A DNA stretch of 64,000 nt from Candidatus Xenobia bacterium (GTDB taxonomy: Bacteria; Vulcanimicrobiota; Xenobia; Xenobiales; QWHO01). Positions 60,495 through 64,000 of the stretch are shown here, piece by piece (the stretch's first letter is position 1; the number at the start of each line of letters is the position of its first letter). The stretch is taken from NCBI GenBank assembly GCA_045863235.1, contig BTUM01000010.1:1-64000 (forward strand). The letters are read 5' to 3'. The position numbers and the translations under genes were made by a program. The notes under the pieces are model-generated. The model was not told the DNA's origin and ran no database searches. It saw nothing but the letters and a program-made list of their open reading frames with translations.

Positions 60495-62854
60495 TCCCCC
60501 CGGGTGCCCAGCACCTGGGCGGGGTTGAGCCGGAAGATCTGGCGCAGGGGCAGGATGATCCCGGCCAGGCTGAGCAGCAGGCTGATGCCGGCCACCTGGA
60601 GCAGCGTCTTCGGTTGCAGAGCAAAGCTCAACTGAATCAGGTCACTCTGGTAGCTGTTCACCAGCCAGGCTCCCAGCGCCAGACCGGCGGGGATGCCCAC
60701 GGCCAGGCCGGCCAGCCACAGGAGCAGGGTCTCCACCACCAGCATCCTGGCCAGGATCTCATAGCGCACCCCCAGCACCAGCATGGTCACCAGCTCGTGG
60801 GTTCGCTCGGACAGATTCATCGTGGTGGTGCCCATGACCAGGGCCACCGCCAGGATGCCGGAGAAAGCAAACATCAGCCCTTCGTAGCTGGTCAACATGC
60901 GCAGGAGGTCGTCGATGTCGCCGACCATGTCGGCAAGATTGATCACCTGGGCGACCTGACCATGCTCGAGAAGTCGCCGGGCCAGGGTTCTGGCCGTGCC
61001 GGGCTGGCAGCGAACGAGCAACGTATTGACCCCGTCCGGGGGCATCGGCTCGGTCCGGGCCAGCTGCTGCTGGAGCCGGGGCAGGGCCAGCTTGAACGGG
61101 TTGCTGAGGGGCTCGAGCAGCACCGGCCCGACGCTGTAAGTGACCGGGCGAGCATCGCGAGGCGTGGTCATCCTCAGAGTGACCCGATCGCCGGGACGAA
61201 CTCCAAGCTGGCGGGCCAGAATCGGTCCCATGGTCAACTGGTCCTCGAACTGGACTGGCCGGCCCTGAAGGTCCAGAAGACGCAGCAACTGCGCCTGCTC
61301 GGGCACACCCCAGACGCTCCGTTCCACGAAGGCGGAATCCGAATCCACCCGGGAATGGCAGCGCAGGTAGTGCTCCACCCGCTCCACTCCCTTCCAACGG
61401 GAGATCGCGGGCAGGTCGGCCGGGCCGTAGATTCCACTCAAATTGACCTGGAGATCGTAGCGATGCACCTGGCTGAGGTAGTACTGCAAGGTGGAGGCCT
61501 GCCCGTCCAGAAAGGCGAGAGTCATCACGATCTGGGCCACTCCCGAGGCGATCCCCAGGACGCCGGCCAGAGTGCGCAGCGGGTGGCGCAAGAGGTTGCG
61601 TAGAGGCAGGCGAACGAGGTAGGGAAGACCGGCAAACCAGGCTCGCCCCGCTCGGACGGGCTCAAACTCGGCACGCAGGGCCTCCACCACCGGCAGGTTG
61701 ACGACCCGGCGCGTGGCCAGCCAGCCTGCCACGAGGCTGGAGCCCAGCGCCAGCCCGGCGGCCACCAGGTACCACCACGGATACAGGCTGGTCCGCACGA
61801 ACGGGATGCCCAGAACATCGCTGTAGAGGCGAGTGCAGAAGTCGGCCAACCAGCAGCCGGCCCCGATCCCCACCACCCCGGCCAGCAAGCCCAGACTGGC
61901 GCACATGCTGGCGTAGAGCCCCAGGCACTGCCACCGGGAGAACCCCAGGGCCATCAGAATGCCGATCTGACGGCGTTGCTGATTGACCACCTGCCAGAAG
62001 GCAACGAACAGAAAGAGCGAGCTCAGGGTCAAAAACAGCGACGGGAACAAGACCGCCATGGCCGCGAACGCATCCTGATCGCGCACCAGCATAGAGTAGG
62101 AGGGCTGCTGCTCCCTCATCACGGCCGGCCCGAAGAGATAGCGCTCGGCCACGGATTCGGCAGCCCGGGCCACGGCCTCCCGGTCGGCTCCCGGTCGAAT
62201 GCGAACGTGAATCTGGTGGAAACCGGCCTGGTGAGACAGTCCCTCCACCTCGCCGGGAGCACCAAAGAGGATGGCCAGGTTGCGGGCCGAGGGAATGGGG
62301 TCCTGACGGTCCTCGGCCAGCCAGATGTACTCCGGGGTGCTGACCAGACCGACCACCCGGAAGGAGGCGCGGTCCCGAACACCCTCAAATCGCAAGGTGT
62401 CTCCCAGATGAATCTGGTGGGCGGCAGCAAAGCGACGCTCCAACAAGACCTCACCCCGCCCCAAACGAAGAAGTCGCCCCTGGTGGAGGTGAACCCGGTT
62501 CACCTGCCCCTCACTGCCCGGCGGCAGACCGTGCAGGCGAGCCCGCGCATAGCGAAGGCGTCCTCTGGCGTCGCTGCCGACCACCACGCGCCCGCCGATC
62601 ACCTGGCGACCGGTGGCCACGGCCACGCCCGGCAACTGGCGAATTCGCTCCAGCACGGCCAGCGGCGCGCCCTCGACCTCCAGGGTGAAGTCCAGAAAGG
62701 CCAGTCGCTGATAGGTCAGCTCGGTGGAGAGCCGGAGGTTGAGAAAGGAAGAGTAGAAGGCTACGAAAAGGCAGACGGCCATCGTGATGATCAGCCAGGC
62801 TGCCCCAAAGGGGAGCCAGTGCTGGCGCAGGTCGCGCCAGCCCTTCAAGAGCAA
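60491..62854 (-). CDS. FtsX/MacB-like ABC permease (two-fold repeat)
   Basis: RRQIGILMALGF and ERTHELVTMLVLG motifs; multiple TM segments. Confidence 0.9.
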   Translation of the reverse strand: MLLKGWRDLRQHWLPFGAAWLIITMAVCLFVAFYSSFLNLRLSTELTYQRLAFLDFTLEVEGAPLAVLERIRQLPGVAVATGRQVIGGRVVVGSDARGRLRYARARLHGLPPGSEGQVNRVHLHQGRLLRLGRGEVLLERRFAAAHQIHLGDTLRFEGVRDRASFRVVGLVSTPEYIWLAEDRQDPIPSARNLAILFGAPGEVEGLSHQAGFHQIHVRIRPGADREAVARAAESVAERYLFGPAVMREQQPSYSMLVRDQDAFAAMAVLFPSLFLTLSSLFLFVAFWQVVNQQRRQIGILMALGFSRWQCLGLYASMCASLGLLAGVVGIGAGCWLADFCTRLYSDVLGIPFVRTSLYPWWYLVAAGLALGSSLVAGWLATRRVVNLPVVEALRAEFEPVRAGRAWFAGLPYLVRLPLRNLLRHPLRTLAGVLGIASGVAQIVMTLAFLDGQASTLQYYLSQVHRYDLQVNLSGIYGPADLPAISRWKGVERVEHYLRCHSRVDSDSAFVERSVWGVPEQAQLLRLLDLQGRPVQFEDQLTMGPILARQLGVRPGDRVTLRMTTPRDARPVTYSVGPVLLEPLSNPFKLALPRLQQQLARTEPMPPDGVNTLLVRCQPGTARTLARRLLEHGQVAQVINLADMVGDIDDLLRMLTSYEGLMFAFSGILAVALVMGTTTMNLSERTHELVTMLVLGVRYEILARMLVVETLLLWLAGLAVGIPAGLALGAWLVNSYQSDLIQLSFALQPKTLLQVAGISLLLSLAGIILPLRQIFRLNPAQVLGTRGD

Positions 62855-62868
62855 GCGGGGCAGCCTGA

Positions 62869-63126
62869 TCAGTGGCTTTGGGAGCGCGCGCGCATCAGGT
62901 CCTGCAGGTCGCCGATGGTTCTCAGGTTATCGATGTCGCTGTGCTCGAGCGTGACCCCGAGATTCTCCTCCAGGATGATCACCATCTCTACCAGTGTGAT
63001 CGAGTCCATGCCCAGATCGCGAATGGCCTGGCTCCTGGTCAGAGTGCCAACCTCCGGGAGAGCGACATGCTTGAGGGCATCGCGCAAGGCCTCGAGAAAT
63101 TGCGGGTCAAGGGGCTCCTCGCTCAT
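62869..63126 (-). CDS. Acyl carrier protein
   Basis: DLGMDSITLVE motif. Confidence 0.9.
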   Translation of the reverse strand: MSEEPLDPQFLEALRDALKHVALPEVGTLTRSQAIRDLGMDSITLVEMVIILEENLGVTLEHSDIDNLRTIGDLQDLMRARSQSH

Positions 63127-63186
63127 GGGAGCTGAGGTTTCTCGCCCAGACACACTGCCCCCTCTTTGCTCGAGTCGAAGATGCGT

Positions 63187-64000
63187 TTAGCGCAGCGCGG
63201 GCTTCTCCAGCACGCGATAGATTTTGTAGCGGCGGCCGCCCAGAATCCGGGCCAGGCTGTTCATGGGCTGGTTGTCCTCCAGCACCCAGGACACCTCCAG
63301 GGCCCGCCATTTCACGCGCACTCCCTCGCTCAAGACAGCGTTCGCCAGGGCACCGGCCACCATGGCTCCGGAGAGATCGGCGCCGAGGTCGCGCCGCACC
63401 CCCAGCGCATAGCCGCGGAAGCGGTCAATGGACTTGCGCCCCCAGAGGTAACGCAGCACGAAGCCAGGTGTGATGCGGCCTCGGGAGGCCTTGATGAGGG
63501 GGTTGTAGTTGGGGAGCAAGAACAGGCTCCCGACCTCCCGACCCTCATAGCTGGCCAGCCAGACCAGTTTCGGATCGAGAAAGTAGCGAGTCAAAAGCAG
63601 CAAGGCCTGCACCTGCTCCTCATCGATCGGCTCGAAACCCCAGTTCCCTGACAGCGCGCTGTCAAAGACCTCAGCCATGCTACGAACGTCCTCGGTGAGG
63701 CGCGAGCGATTGAGCGTGCGCACCTCGACCCCGCACTGCTCGGCTCGCTGGGCCGCCCTCCGGGCCACCTCGAGACGCGCGCTGTCGGGAAGGATCTCGT
63801 AGGCATAGAGGTCTTTGAGCTTGTGCATCCCGGCCTGCTCGAGATACTCGAGATAGTAGGCCGGGTTGTAAGGCATCAGGAAGTAAGGCTCGTACTCGAA
63901 GCCCTCCACCAGAAGGCCGCTGTAGGACTCCTCCAGACGGAAGTGGTACGGTCCTCGCATGGGAAGCTGAGGAGCCAGTTGGTGAGCTTCCTCCAACAGC
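63187..64000 (-). CDS. YghO-like GNAT protein, bacterial ceramide synthase candidate (5' end outside the window)
   Basis: GLLVEGF...MPYNPAYY...LE, NWGF.P, EVSWVLEDNQPM, YKIYRV. Confidence 0.8.
   Translation of the reverse strand, partial: LLEEAHQLAPQLPMRGPYHFRLEESYSGLLVEGFEYEPYFLMPYNPAYYLEYLEQAGMHKLKDLYAYEILPDSARLEVARRAAQRAEQCGVEVRTLNRSRLTEDVRSMAEVFDSALSGNWGFEPIDEEQVQALLLLTRYFLDPKLVWLASYEGREVGSLFLLPNYNPLIKASRGRITPGFVLRYLWGRKSIDRFRGYALGVRRDLGADLSGAMVAGALANAVLSEGVRVKWRALEVSWVLEDNQPMNSLARILGGRRYKIYRVLEKPALR

Overview
High-GC bacterial window with no rRNA, tRNA or CRISPR array visible. Left third (1-28 kb): an accessory region with an unannotated xxxEK pentapeptide-repeat gene and several helical proteins sharing a C-terminal hydrophobic-GG-V-basic tail. 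It also holds a decayed patch with REP-like hairpins and an IS91-like fragment, an ECH/acyl-CoA dehydrogenase/phosphotransferase trio and a zincin. An ISKra4-like remnant abuts an IS630 element, followed by a teneurin-like RHS lipoprotein with a putative ADP-ribosyltransferase tip and immunity gene. Middle (28-50 kb): pepD, agmatinase, a MazF-type TA pair, two radical SAM genes behind an NrtR-like operator, a PEP-utilizing enzyme, an M16 peptidase, an acyl-CoA carboxylase and a PqqD/RRE-fused Cys-rich peptide with a nucleotidyltransferase. Right end (50-64 kb), the most notable system: a stand-alone type II FAS plus a polyketide beta-branching cassette (HMGS, ECH1, ECH2, ACP, enoyl reductase), with no modular PKS in the window. 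It is co-located with a serine-palmitoyltransferase-like enzyme, a ceramide-synthase-like GNAT, a reductase, a GT32 glycosyltransferase and an ABC permease, suggesting methyl-branched (glyco)sphingolipid synthesis. All assignments come from motif recognition by eye; no searches were run.
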